From: Oopsacas minuta
Lineage: Eukaryota; Animalia; Porifera
Length of the DNA stretch: 64,000 nucleotides
NCBI GenBank assembly: GCA_024704765.1
Contig: JAKMXF010000155.1
Coordinates: forward strand, 262,801-326,800
Direction of reading: 5' to 3'
This document shows positions 27,020 to 40,499 of this stretch, in pieces. The position numbers and the translations under genes were made by a program. The notes beneath the pieces are model-generated. The model was given only the letters and a program-made list of their open reading frames with translations, did not search any database and had not been told where the DNA came from. Positions within the stretch are counted from its first letter, which is position 1. Each line of letters begins with the position of its first letter.

Positions 27020-28240
27020 TTTAACCTTTCCACCCACTTGTAAAACACATTTCTGTACTCTTCTTCGGCGAAGGATTTGATGTACTGGCACAGGCTCGTT
27101 CCGAGTGTTTGTAATGTGCTAACATCTTTCCCTTGGAGGTAGATTTTGAGCTAGGGGAATAGCCAAAAATCACACGGAGCTAGGTCTGGTGAGTATGGTG
27201 GATGGGGAAGTAATTCTAACCCTTCTACATCCAAGAAACTTTTGGTAGGTTAGCTGTATGGGAACTGGCGTTATCAATTAAAATCTTCATTCCTCTAGTT
27301 CCGATTTTCAGGCTGTACTTTTCTATATTTATTGTCAAGTTTGGAAGCTCTTGCTCTGTGAAGAATGTAGCAGTAACAGCTTTGCCACTCTCATAAGGTG
27401 ATTGCATGACAATTATATGACTATTGATGAATATGGTATACATAATCTTAGGTTTTCTGGAGTCGGGCCTGGGAATTTACGTCGGTTGTTCGTCGCCCCT
27501 CACCCATGATCGCTTCTTATACTTGCTATATGGTGTTGAATAGTACACCACGTCTCGTCACCAGTAGTAATCTTTGTTAGGCCTCTAGAATCGCAGTTTT
27601 CATAAGTTTCCAAGAGTTTCTTGGCAATATTCAGTTGTGCCAACCTTTGATTCTCACTGAGCTTATGCGGGACCCATTTCCCACAAATCGATCGGTAGCC
27701 AAGGTCAGTCGTCAGAATTGTATGAATAGCTCTCGATGGAATCTCCTTATTTGTTCTAACTGATTGACAGTAATGCACTTGTCTTCCATGACCGTACTTT
27801 CAATGAGTGCGATATTTTCTGAAGTGGTGGCGATACGGGTCTTCCAGATCGAGGCAAATCTGTGATATCAGCATCACCAGATCTAAAACGGGCAGCCCAT
27901 CGCTCTACAGTAGATCTGGAAGGGAAATCCACGTAACTATATCTCCTGTAACTCGCTAAGGATCTTTACCGGCTGGATCTTTATTTTTGCACGAAACTCC
28001 ATGTAAGCAAGCTGGACAATTGAGGTTCAAATTTTCATCCTTTGAAGCCATTAATTGAACAGTAGGTATGAATTGGCTACGGGTAATTATCTCAAAAAAT
28101 CATAATTTGTATTGAATATGCTTGAAACTTTCAGTATATGGAGTTTAACTACATGGGCTTGTAATATATGAAAGTTAGATATATTAGTTGACTAATTCTT
28201 AAGATATATCATGACCCGTCGAGACTTATTGAACGCCCTC
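27020..28240 (-). mobile_element. mariner remnant
   Basis: GKWVPHKL, TGDETW and HPPYSPDLAPCDFWLF on the minus strand. TIR-like GACTTATTGAACGCCCTC ends at 28240. The other TIR was not found. Confidence 0.85.
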
Positions 28241-29751
28241 AAGTTTTTTTCAAATTCTCTAGATTGGTCATTCATCTTAAATAGAATTTGGAATTTTTTG
28301 CAATCGACTACGTCCCCCATAGACTCCCTATTACATAGTGGATCCCTTCTATCCATTTCGTATCCCTTGATGGCCACAGCTCCCAGGTTACGAACTACTG
28401 GTCTATTTCATACCTAAAGTGGTCATTATAGCACTACCTTTAACTGTTTGAAATTATATTTAATGTGCTCGTTCGAATTTGAGAGTGGTTAGGAAAATTG
28501 GATTAGAGCGTGCCTACATAAAATTGCGCAGGCCAAGGCAAACTGCAGATTCCTCTTCCTGTTCTACCGGCCAGTTGCTTGTAGTTATCACTTCCGAAAT
28601 CCTCTATTTCTAAGGTAATGTTATCGGAATAGAGGAATTCTTTTGACTATTATGGGAATACCTTTTGGAATGCCCTCTGAAATCCTATGGGAATCCCACA
28701 GGATATCCTCTTGAAATGGAATCACAATGTGAAACAATTACTTATTCCCACAGCAACCATTACTATTTGTCCTTCCCATCTTCTTAATTAACCAATCTTC
28801 CTGGTCCACATTTCGTATTTTATCGCCTGATACTTTTTGTTTCCTCGTGAAAATGGGCCTTGTTATTTAAGGAAAGTTGTTGACATTTAGTAATAACAAG
28901 AAATAGCTTGTCAAAAAATATTGAAGTATATTTGAACAGGCTAACTGTCAAACCTCATTAGTATATTTGTTTGGATAATAATGTAATTACTTCATGGGCG
29001 ATAATATTTTGTCCTTTTGGCCTGACATGGTGTTCTGTCCGAAGATAGCAGAGCGTGGTCCTATCTCATTTTCTATTTTTGCTTTGAATCCATTTTCATT
29101 ATTTAACGTTTTATAATATATCGAAGATTGGTACATTTCTTAGATGAATGCTAACTTTACAAATTGTTTAACACTCTCCTGTACATATTTACTATACACT
29201 AACCTTGCAAAAGTTTTTCGACACCACTAGATATGCAGACATTTGCACATGCATATTATACGAGTAGTCACACCCAAAGAACTATTTGGTTATGTGAGTT
29301 AAGATATATCTGACTAAATATATGACAAGTCTAACAAATACATAGTTTTTAACCACGCTTTGTTCGGTTAATAGATAAAGAACTAAATAATTTTATCATT
29401 ATTAATGCACAAAATCAGATTCGAAGTGTGTCCCCATACAAATTGGTGCAAACCTAAGTCATTTTTGCCTCTTCAGCCACATGTGGCACAATATTCTGAT
29501 GACATACTTCAGCAGAATTTCCTCTAAACCCGTGGTTCTCAACCTGTGGTATGCGAGCTCCTTCTGGTGGTACGCGAGGTATCTCATTTTTTTGGGTATA
29601 TGTCAAAATTTGAATATTATATACTAAAATACTCATTGTAATACGTTAGCAAGGGTAAAAGCATATGGATGGTTGGCTTAGAACAGTGACCGTAAGGAAG
29701 AGAAGTGAGGATGGAGAGAATAATATCTCGATTGTAACTGGCGAATTGGAG

Positions 29752-32291
29752 CAGAGCTGCAAATGGGTCACTGACCCATGGGTCAATGGGTCAGATGGGT
29801 CACTTTTTTAAGATGGGTCAGTGGGTCATGGGTCATGCGTTAATGGGTCATGACCCATCAAAATTTTATTTATATACAATGTAGGCTAAAAGAGTTATTT
29901 GTCAATTAGAAAACCTTCTAAATAGAGTTAATAGAGGTGGTCATTATACTAAATGTTTGGAATACTGCAAGTGAGAGTCATATTTATGTCTTCAGGTATA
30001 GTAACTGCAATCATCAATTAAGTTTTCGTGTCTTAATCTTATCGGCAAACCTACTATGTACAATATTACCGGAATCTTAGGATTGCTATTCAAATAGACA
30101 GAAATCTTCAAGTATAAATATATATATCTAGACTGACATTTTTCATTTATATATTCCTCTGAGATCTTCTTACTGTCGTAAATGTCTAACAACTGTGAAG
30201 ATCTAAGGGCTGCTCTCCACCATGGTGATATGTTCTTATGCAACAACGACGACCCCAAGTGCAAAGCAGATGTGTGGAAGAAATTCCGATTGATAAAAAT
30301 CAAAGCAACTAATGAATTACTATTTGGTTGGTCAGCCTGTAAAGATTGCTTCGTATGTCTAAAATTCAAAGCAAAACAAACTGATGGCTCTGTTAGATTA
30401 TACGGAACTAAAAATCTCGCGACCATTACAAAACCTGCTCCCTCAAAGGGGAAACTCAATCTTCGGTAGCAAGTTTTTTCAAGAAAACCCCAGGAAAGCA
30501 CTTCACGAGAGAAGAAGGGAAGCGAGTGAAGGATGCGGAGGTCCGTATGGTTGTTCAAGGTGGTACTTCATTTATGTTTGTCGATAATCCCGGGTTGAGA
30601 TTATTTGCTCAGAAAATGATCCAAATTGGAAGCATGTACGGAAATCTTGATGTTAATGACGTGCTTTTTGGTAGAGAAACGGTCAAAAGGTCTACATTTG
30701 AGAAAATGAATGAGTGTCAAGAGAAAATCAAGAAATCAATTGCGGAATGTTCTTTGAACAAAATGGTGGCATTTACTACAGATTTGGCGACAGATAACAT
30801 AAACCATAATTCTTATCTCGATTTTACCGTGTTCTGGATAGATGGTTCGTGGACCCTGAATCATTCAATGTATCGATGTTCCTATTTTCCTGAAAAGCAT
30901 ACTGCCGTCAATATAGAAAAAGTGATTGATGAAAATCTGTCTGAACTAAATCTATCTCTTGTGGACACGCCATGTACTACTGATAAAGGATCAAATTTCA
31001 TATGCGCTACTCTTGCTAAAACCCATGTTGATTGCGCATGTCATCGTATAAATACCGTAATTGACATTGCATGGAAACAAGCAATGGACTCAAATCCTGA
31101 GCTGAAGTTCCTTGATCAGTCTGCTCATACTTTGGTTAAATTTGTTAATCAAGCGTGTGGAATTCAATCAGAGCTTCCTACAACACTAAAACACGGAGGT
31201 GAAACACGCCCATGGAGGAGTTTATATTCTATGTTTTTTTCTATTCTAGTGAGTAGGGAGACTTTAGTCATAGAACTTCGAAAACGAAAACGTGAGAATT
31301 TAATTTATCATTTCGATATCGATTTGTTAAGGGAAGTTGTTGAGTTTCTATCTGGTTTTTCTGATTTATTTGACTTGCTAGAATATGCCAATAAACCGAC
31401 CCTTCAAAATGTCGTCCCAGTATACTACACGCTGTACGAGCTTTGGCAAATAAAAGAAGAAGATTCTGAAATACAGCAAGTTCTGAAGGCAAAATTTCTT
31501 CCGGTATTGACAGAGAAGTTGTGGAACAGTATTGGTATGCTTCATCTCAGTGCCACGTTTCTTGACCCACCGTTGAGATCGTTTACGTTCGTAAGATCAA
31601 AAGTTGATCGGGAGGGTTTCTTTAGACAGATCAAGGAATCTCTTCTTATTCTAGCAAAAGAGGTGGCTCAAACTAATGAATGTGTTAACATCAAGGATGT
31701 TGCCATTACCAACTTTGAGTTGGATCAATCTAACCTTGATGTGCAACCTCAAAAGAAGGTTAAATATGATCCATTCAGTTGGTTTCAAATCAATGAGACC
31801 ACGACACCAACAACAACAAATCAAATTACAGACATGATTTACAATTTAATGAAGAATTGCAAATGTACATTTAAGAAACGGTTCCGAAACGGGAGAATTT
31901 TAATCTCCTGATTGGTGGAAGCAGAAAAAACTTAGGTTTCCATTATTATCGAAAATTGCCATGAGACTATTGGTAATTCAAGCATCCTCATCCGAAAGCG
32001 AGAGACACTTTAGTGCCTTTAATGCTCGGCATATTGTAACATCTCAAAGGAATGCAATGTTGCCAGAAACTATCGAAGCTGTCTCTGTTGTGTTGGAAGG
32101 ATATAAAAACAACCTGATTTATTAATGTGTTAGACTAAATACTTACATTATACTTGCTCCTAATAATGAAATACATAATGGGTCAGAAAATAATAAATGG
32201 GTCATGACCCATGGGTCAATGGGTCATGGGTCACTACTTCGATGGGTCACATGGGTCATGGGTCACTTCATGTGACCCATTTGCAGCTCTG
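29752..32291 (+). mobile_element. Full-length hAT (Ac/Hermes-like) element
   Basis: TIR CAGAGCTGCAAATGGGTCA, perfect TSD AATTGGAG, and ATGGGTC subterminal repeats. Confidence 0.95.
30182..32125 (+). pseudogene. hAT transposase with BED finger, frameshifted near 30420 and 31850-31910
   Basis: VWKKF...CKDC...DHYKTC, FTTDLAT, CACHRIN, ETRPWRS and DWWKQ...ASSSESERHFS. Confidence 0.9.
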
Positions 32292-33198
32292 AATTGGAGT
32301 ACTGTGAAGCGACCGCAAGTGCCTGTGGTAGGAAAGTTAGTGAAGTCTGCACGACAACTAACGTTTGTAGCAAACGCCGCAAAGTTATAATAAAATGTGA
32401 TCAGAGTCATCTCAGTTTTGGATTCAGTTGGACCGGGACGGAGGGGGAGCCTAGGCCGTAGTGTGTAATGTGTGATAATGTTCTCAGCAATGAAAGCATG
32501 AAGCCTGCGCATCTCAAACGGCATCTTACAACCAAACACGCAGTATTAAAAGACAAACCGATTGCATTCTTTCAGAGAAAACTTGATGAACTGAGGCAGT
32601 CAAAGGCAATGATTCTGTCCTGTGTTACACCCGTAGCCAACGCACAGGAAGCCTCCTACCTTGCCAGCCTACGCATAGCCAAAGCCGGTAAGCCGCGTAA
32701 TATTGGCGAGGAGCTGTGTCTACGGTTAGCAGAAGAGATCACATATATTATGTGTGAGGAGAAGGCTGCCAGACAGTTAAACTTGGTGCCGCTTTCAAAC
32801 GACACCGTATCGCGGAGAATAGTTGACATGGCAGATGACGTTAAAAACATAGTCGTTATTTTTCAATACAGCTAGATGAGACAACTGACTTAGCAGATTT
32901 AGCTGATTTGCTAGTTTATGTCAGATATGAATACGATGGAACACCTCAAGAGGACTTTTGTTCTGTCAGTCACTGATAACGAGAACTACAGCAGAGCACA
33001 TTTTTCTGTTATTGAATACTTTTATGGAAGAGAATTGTCTCGATTGGAAAAGTGTGTTGGAGTTTGCACCGATGGCGCCAGGGCCATGACCGGTCGTCAC
33101 AACGGAGTAGCTGCTCGAATTAGCGAAGTGGCCACCGAGATACGATGGACCCACTACAGCATTCATCGCGGAGCCCTGGCAGTGAAGAAAATGCCTAA

Positions 33199-33396
<198 letters not shown>

Positions 33397-33677
33397 TAAT
33401 CCTACAAGACAAAGAATTTCCCTTGTTGCACCTTTTTGAAAACAATGAGTGGCTGAGTCAACTTGCTTACCTGTCAGAAATTTTCTCTCGCTTGAACGAC
33501 CTACATTTGGGACTACAAGGAGTGTCTATTACTGTTTTTGACGTGAATGACAAATCAACGTAATGGTGAAGAAGCTGCAGCTGTTTGAGATGAATATCAA
33601 GGCAGGTAATGTTTCAGTTTCCCCACTTTGAAGAGTTTTATGTCTGAGAACAAGCTGACCCTTGATGATGGTGTCAG

Positions 33678-36523
33678 CAGTGGTGTTTGCCATAAAAAGA
33701 AGTGGGGGGCGTTGTCTTTCCAAATTTACCATTTTCTTAGAAACATAGGTGAAAACGGCTCCCAATAATGAAGTGGGGGCTCCATACCTCCCACCCGCGC
33801 GCTCCCTTCAAAATACCACTGATTATTATTATATATAATGGTGTGTTTATATTTATATCAGATAAAAACAACTACGTGAAACATGTATAATATGTAAGGT
33901 TTCAATAATTCACGATACATTGTAAATGCCTAAATTCTATGTATATTATTCAAATATACTTCCAAACTGGGTTTTCTTCAACTATCTGACTATTGCTACC
34001 CCTTATTTGAGTATTTGATGCACTCCGGTGATTTCTTAGCCAACATCTAGCATAATCACTAGGATCCCATTAGAAAGTGGAGGACCATTAAGTTTAATGA
34101 ATAGGAGAGCAGATATGTGTGGTATAAGCAGCCGAGAACACCGATCCTCCAATATGATATTCATATGACTGAACCCACGTTCACATTCTGCAGTACTACA
34201 TGGGACCAGTTGGATACAATCAAACAATGGTTTTATTGTGGGTGGCAAGGATGTACCGGAATTTTCATAATAGTCACAAAAAGCATTAACATATAATGCT
34301 TCGTTAAGGCCGAATCGTTGACAAAGACTTTTAATTTCAGATTCACCATATCCAGGTTGATGTTCAATAGGCCAACTATCCTTGTTCAAAATATTGAACT
34401 CACTCATAAAGATTGTAAATATTTTGATCAGTTGGCGACCTGGAAAATGTAGTAACAAATAACCTGTCCTTCATCCTGTTGACAAGACATTCCAGAAATC
34501 TCTGCTTATTAATGGTTACAATATTCTGATTATGAAGGGTAATACTGTGAAATGACAGAGAATGAACTGCAGTTTGAACTTCAAGAGATTTAGAACCCAA
34601 TGTAAATTGCAGTGCCTCTAAACGTCTAATAGTTCTACGTATCAATTTATCCGCACTGATAATGGTCATCTCTCGATTTTGGAGCATCTGTGAGAGATTT
34701 GATAATTCATATAGGGTGTCAAACATTAAAGCAAGATCTGTTAAAAACTCAGGAGAACGCATAGGTCTTAAAAGTCCTGTGAACGATGCTCTATCCTTCG
34801 AATTCCATTCGGATCATTAGATGCTTTTTCGAAATGAGCACACAATGGATGAAAATTATTCCAAACAGCCGAAACATTACGAAAAGAACTTGCAACCCAT
34901 CTAGTGTCCAAAATTCGCCCAATCTTTTTAACTTCCATTTCCAAAGTCTGACAGCATTCTCTTAGTTCCCTTTGATTTTTTGGTGAACGACTGTAAAGTG
35001 AATACAATTTGTCGAAGAAATGTTGAAAATGATTAATAGCTGTCACTTCATTAATTGTGTCATGAATAGAAAATTCTAATCGATGGTTTAAACAATGCCA
35101 CACAATGATTTTAGGATACTTTGCAATTAACCTCGTAGATACGCTAGAATTTTTACCAAGCATGACGCTCGCACCATCACTGGCAAAACTTACAAAATTT
35201 CTTCCTAAGAAATCATCATCAAATCCATGAGTATTTAGGCAGTTCAATAAAGTTGTAGTTATTATTAACGATGATTGTCCTGATAGTTCCAAGAGCTCCA
35301 AAAACAAAAAATGTGGATAATCCAGCTTGGATGTTTTGCATTTTATGTAGACGATCAATGTTTGTTTTATTCGATATAGTGGTGGATTCGTCAACCAAAA
35401 TCGAAATTTTACCATCTACCTCGAGAATTCTGTTGCAAATCTTTCTGCACATTTCACTAGCAATCATGTCAATCATAACAGTGGCAGTGGACCGTGAGTA
35501 CAAACACATACCGAGATTTGCCCCATTCAATGTCTGTAGTTCAATTAGATCTGGGTGATTTGAGTAAGGTTTGTCATTTTTCGCAATATAATACGCTGTA
35601 CGAATCACCTTTTGTGTAAGTTCAATACGAGATGCATTCACTACATCAACTCTCTTTTCTAATCTTTCCATAGTTGCTTCTTCCAAAATTTGTTTAGCCG
35701 AACTATGGGCATTTGATAACAAATGTTTTGATATCTTTTTCTAATACTTTTTAACATTGCAGGTTTTGATTTCCTGAGTAATTCACTGTGCATTTAGACC
35801 AATTTTCAGAGATTGAACTTCCTTGAGTTTTTTTAATGCCCAATAATGACACCTTCTTACATAGGGAACAGCCTAATTTACCTTTGTGACATATCAACCA
35901 AGGGTATGTAATAGTTTTTCAAACCATTGATCAGCTGAATAAATATTTGGAAAATCGATTTGTTCAGCACTTTCTTTGGGAATTGAGATGTTAAGAGTTG
36001 ATTGGTTTATACTGTGAGAAATATCCGTAGGTAATTCTGTTATGCTTGATTCTGCACTACTATTTGAGCAGGATTCTTCCCCTATTGAAGATAAAACGAA
36101 ATTCGCGTCCGAAGCTGTTGATGTAAAAAGTGGAGTTTGCGTGAAATCTAAATTAGATTCTTCGTATGCAACTAATCTTTGATTTAAGCTGACAGAGATC
36201 AGGCCCAAATCTTCTGTATCTTGATGAGTTTTAGTTTTCTTGGGAAAATAATCATCAATAAAACTGTGCTTATTTTTCATTATATTTAGAAATCTTAGGA
36301 AGAATAAAATATGTAATGGTAAAGAAAATAGATCAGATATTTATGCGAGTGAAACGTAGTGCTAAAGTACTAATAAAGACAATAATATCATAGTAAGTCA
36401 GTAAATATAGATAAATTAAGTCCATTAACTGATAAACTCGGGAGTCGGGTGCTAGAATGAGGCCAAAGTTCTTCCAGATTATGTGACAAGAGTGCCCCCC
36501 GAGCCCCCCCCAAAACATCACTG
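33678..36523 (-). mobile_element. hAT element with KIAA1586-like transposase, decayed
   Basis: Termini CAGTG(G/A)TGTTT and perfect TSD GGTGTCAG. Minus-strand motifs ILVDEST, FASDGASVM, WHCLNHRLE, TRWVASS and PCSTAECERGFS. Confidence 0.9.
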
Positions 36524-39079
36524 GGTGTCAGAGATAACATTGCAGCGCACATTGATTCACTGACACAACAGTTCTGCAACTACTATCCAGTGTCAGCCGA
36601 AGTCAACAACTGGATGAGAAACCCGTCACCGTCGAAGTCACTGACATGCCTGGGGATTTCAGCACCGGTGAGCAGGAGAGTTATTTGGAATTATCTTGCG
36701 ACGAAACGTTAAAGTCCGATTTCAAAAGGTCTCATTGTTGGACTTTGGATACAAAGACACGGCGAATACCCAGCGCTTTCGGACAGGGCCACTCGGTTTC
36801 CTCTTCAATTCGCGTTTACATATCTGTGCGTGAAAGTCTTCTAATCTCTTCTTGCGATCAAGACAAAATACAGAAATGGGATGGACACCGAACCAGTCCT
36901 GAGATTGAAGCTGACCTCGATTGACCCAAACATTGCAGGGCTTTGTTCACGAAAAGCAGGCGCGCCCTTCTCACTGATAGACCTGTAAGTCGATTTACAC
37001 CAAAATATACATCCATAAACATTATTTGAATTGCCCTAATGTCGATCATATTCTATTTATTGATATTTTGTTTATTTTACAAGTGTTCTTCATATGCTTC
37101 ATTATTCGGGGATGAATTTAAATATCGATCTTTATGGTGGTACGCGGAGACTCTAATATTTGGTGAAGTGATACGTGCTTTGAAAAGTTTGAGAACCACT
37201 GCTCTATACCAAGTTTGGCCAGTATGTTCTAATTGGTATATCCCACCGGTAGTTCTAGTGGTAGTAAATTATTTTGTTGAATAGGAAGTCATGTTGGGAA
37301 TTTCATTGGTCATATTGGCATACTTAAAATGTTTGTCGTTTGTGTGATATTTGCGTTTTTCACGTAAATTGTCATTATGGGAGCCAGCCAACTAGTACCA
37401 ATTTCAACTCGTACCTTACATCAACTCGTCCTTAATATTAACTCGTTCCTTACATCAACTCGTCCTTAATATCAACTCCTCCCTAGTCAACTCGTCCATA
37501 CCATACTTTCCTTACACTTTTGCTAAAATCCATGGACACCCAAAATTTTCGTACATTTACAACCTAATAATGTCACTACTCTACATCTAATGTGGTGAAA
37601 TTGTTAGATCTAGACAGCAAGGATTATAATGCGAGCCATGTGGAGGCTGGATTCATCGCGTGTGTGGAACGGGTGTTCTGAAGAAACATACAGGGATGCG
37701 TTACGGAACGATTTGAACATCAACTAGCTGTGTGTTTCCTGTCGCAATGAAGACATACATCCAGAAGGTGAACAACTAACCTTAGCACACAGCATAAACA
37801 ATAGCATTAGTTTCATGCCCGATGCGAGTAGTATTCCTGTATATTCTTCGCCAATCGACATACAACAAGAAAGTGAACAACTGGCCTTAGCCACTTCACA
37901 CAGTATTAAGGGTATCATCGGTTCTATGCCAGGTGCACATACCATAGGGACTCTGAATAATACCGATTCGATTCTAAACTCATCTGGAAGCTCATTCAAT
38001 ATGGGAATAATAGAAACACCTATATATTCTCAAGAAGACTCTCTGAATGATGATGAGACTGTGAATGCTCGTCCTTCGGAAAACCAACTTATTGTATATG
38101 AAATTGTGAATTCAGGGAGCCAAAGAGGAAAGCCAATATGTATTGATTGTAGGGGATACAGTTTCACTATGAAGGTTTGGGGAAAAATGTTACAAGATGG
38201 ACTTGTTCAAGACGAAGTCCACCATACAATTGCAAGGCTACAGTTTCCCAAACTGGAAATAAATTTATACTTGGCGAGTTATTTATCAAGAATAATATAT
38301 TGTTAACTTCATTCTTAAAATGCTTTTAGGACCACATTCACATTCTCATCAGTCATCTAGAGGTCTCTTAGAAAGTATTCAAATTAGAGAAGAAGTTGAA
38401 CAGCAGGCCATTTAGCGAATATTTAGATCCGCACAATCAATTGTTGATGATGTTCTCATTGAGAAACTGACTCCTAGCATGTCATTAGGATCATTACCAT
38501 CACCTACAGCTTTTGTTCAAGCTGCTAACAGACATTGGCATCGGCTTCGCCCTGAAGACTCTAAGACATTTAATTTTTATCTTTCACTTGAACATTTACC
38601 AACGGGATTCTTACAAAAGATATTTTATCGGACACATGTAGACACATAATATTAGCAACTGGATCCATTCTTCAGCTACTCTCGCGTGCAAAGTGTTGGT
38701 ACCTTGATGCAACATTTAAGGTAGTGAAGGGACCTCTTCTTCAGTTATTTTCAATCCATGCATTTATTAAGCATGGGACCGCATCTAAACAGATTCCACT
38801 TTTATTCGTTCTCATGTCACGCCGTAAAATAATTGATTACGATATGATTCTAAACGAAGTTTGCAATCTTTTACCAACCCCGCCTGTTGTTACGCGAATG
38901 GTACTTGATTTTGAAAAAGCTTTATGGATTACAATTTCCTCAATCTTTCCAGAAGTATGCTTAATGTGATGCGTATTTCATTTGGTACAGGCAGTTTAAA
39001 GGAAAATACAAGATATCGGACTAGTGCTTCCTTACAGGTAAATAATTTATTTTTCTGTGTATATTTCTCAATAATACTA

Positions 39080-40412
39080 CGGGCGTTCAATAAGTAGTCG
39101 TTATCACATTGTAATTCTAAATTTTTCTAGCACAATTGTGTATTCAGTGATGGAGTTTCTCAAAGTATTCCCCTTCGTGCTGTAAAACCAATTTCAGCCT
39201 TTTTATCCAATCGAAAAATACTTTTTTGTAGTCTTCGGTTGGTACACCTTTCATATACTGGAAAATCGCCGATCCTATCTGAGCTCGACTCTCGAATTTC
39301 CTGCCTGATAGATGTTTCTTTAGCTTTGGAAACAACCAAAAGTCACAGGGAGCTAGATCTGGCGAGTAGGGAGGGTGATCTAGCTCCACAATTTTCATAG
39401 CTTCTAACTTTTCTCTAACCAGCTTTGTCTTGTGCGGTCGGGCGTTATCATGCAATATTCGCAATCCACGAGTTCCAGTCCTTGGCCGTCGATTTTGGTA
39501 GAATTTTTCAACCTCTGTTAGACACTCATTGGTGTAGAAGGAGCCTGTTATTGTTTGGTATTTGGGGACACAAATCTGGCACACTGGACCATTAGAATCA
39601 AAAAATATACAGTACATAACCTTCGGATCCCGAAAGTCATGTCGAGGGATCATTGGTGGGTCCTGTCCTTTTGCCACCCATACTTTGTTTGCTTCTTTTG
39701 ATAAAGGCTCAGAATAACGTACCCAAGTTTCGTCACCTGTTACTATCTCAAATAACCTTCTGGAGTCAGTTCGATCAAACTCAGAGAGCAATTTAGTAGC
39801 GCATTGGACCCTCTTTGCTTTCTGGGCCTGAGTTAGTAAATGCGGCACCCATCGAGCACATATCTTTCGGAATTTCATATTATCATGTACAATAGCTTGA
39901 GCAGTTCCCGTTGAGATACCAACCGCATCAGCTATCTCCACAAGCGTGATATGAGGGTCTTCTTCAAGTAACGCGGATACCTCAAGGATATTTTTGTCAT
40001 TGGTGCTGGAAACTGGTCTCCCTATTCTTGCCCCATCTTCAATGGACACTCTACCTTCACGAAAGCGTCTAGCCCAATCAACAACAGTGGAATATGGAAG
40101 TGCTGTATCCTTATAAACTTCCTCTAAATCTTTGTGGACATCTGTTGGTGAAACCTTGAGCAGTGTTCTGATCTTCACATATGCTCTCTGCTCAATTTTG
40201 AAATCTGTACTTTTTGAAGCCATTAAAAATGTTACTATAATAAACTGTCAAAATGTAAATAAGTACAATATTTCAACGAGACATCAGAATCAAAAAAGCT
40301 CTGCATTATTGAATTCACAATAGATGGATTGTTATTAGAAAATTCAGTTTGATCTAGGTCGAAATATTCCGACTTACAAAATTTGGAATAACGACTACTT
40401 ATTGAACGCCCG
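39080..40412 (-). mobile_element. Complete mariner element
   Basis: Perfect 25-bp TIRs CGGGCGTTCAATAAGTAGTCGTTAT and TA TSD. Confidence 0.97.
39144..40223 (-). CDS. Intact mariner transposase (359 aa, DD34D)
   Basis: Uninterrupted ORF with RWVPHLL, TGDETW, LHDNARPH and YSPDLAPCDF (34 residues between the two Ds). Confidence 0.97.
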   Translation of the reverse strand: MASKSTDFKIEQRAYVKIRTLLKVSPTDVHKDLEEVYKDTALPYSTVVDWARRFREGRVSIEDGARIGRPVSSTNDKNILEVSALLEEDPHITLVEIADAVGISTGTAQAIVHDNMKFRKICARWVPHLLTQAQKAKRVQCATKLLSEFDRTDSRRLFEIVTGDETWVRYSEPLSKEANKVWVAKGQDPPMIPRHDFRDPKVMYCIFFDSNGPVCQICVPKYQTITGSFYTNECLTEVEKFYQNRRPRTGTRGLRILHDNARPHKTKLVREKLEAMKIVELDHPPYSPDLAPCDFWLFPKLKKHLSGRKFESRAQIGSAIFQYMKGVPTEDYKKVFFDWIKRLKLVLQHEGEYFEKLHH

Positions 40413-40424
40413 TAGTAAATAGAA

Positions 40425-40471
40425 GTTGCAGCCCAACTGCGAATTGACTAAATTCGCAGTTGGGCTGCAAC
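40425..40471. repeat. Perfect 21-bp inverted repeat with 5-nt loop
   Basis: GTTGCAGCCCAACTGCGAATT-GACTA-AATTCGCAGTTGGGCTGCAAC. Confidence 0.95.
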
Positions 40472-40499
40472 ATAGACACTTTATTGCGATACGTATGTA

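Noticed and set aside
29992-30558. 188-aa minus-strand ORF
   Set aside because: It is an antisense shadow of the hAT BED-finger region with no recognisable motif.
37385-37500. AACTCGT-based repeats resembling a CRISPR array
   Set aside because: The units are short and degenerate, lie within a MULE TIR and are mirrored at 42610-42666. There are no cas genes and the context is eukaryotic.
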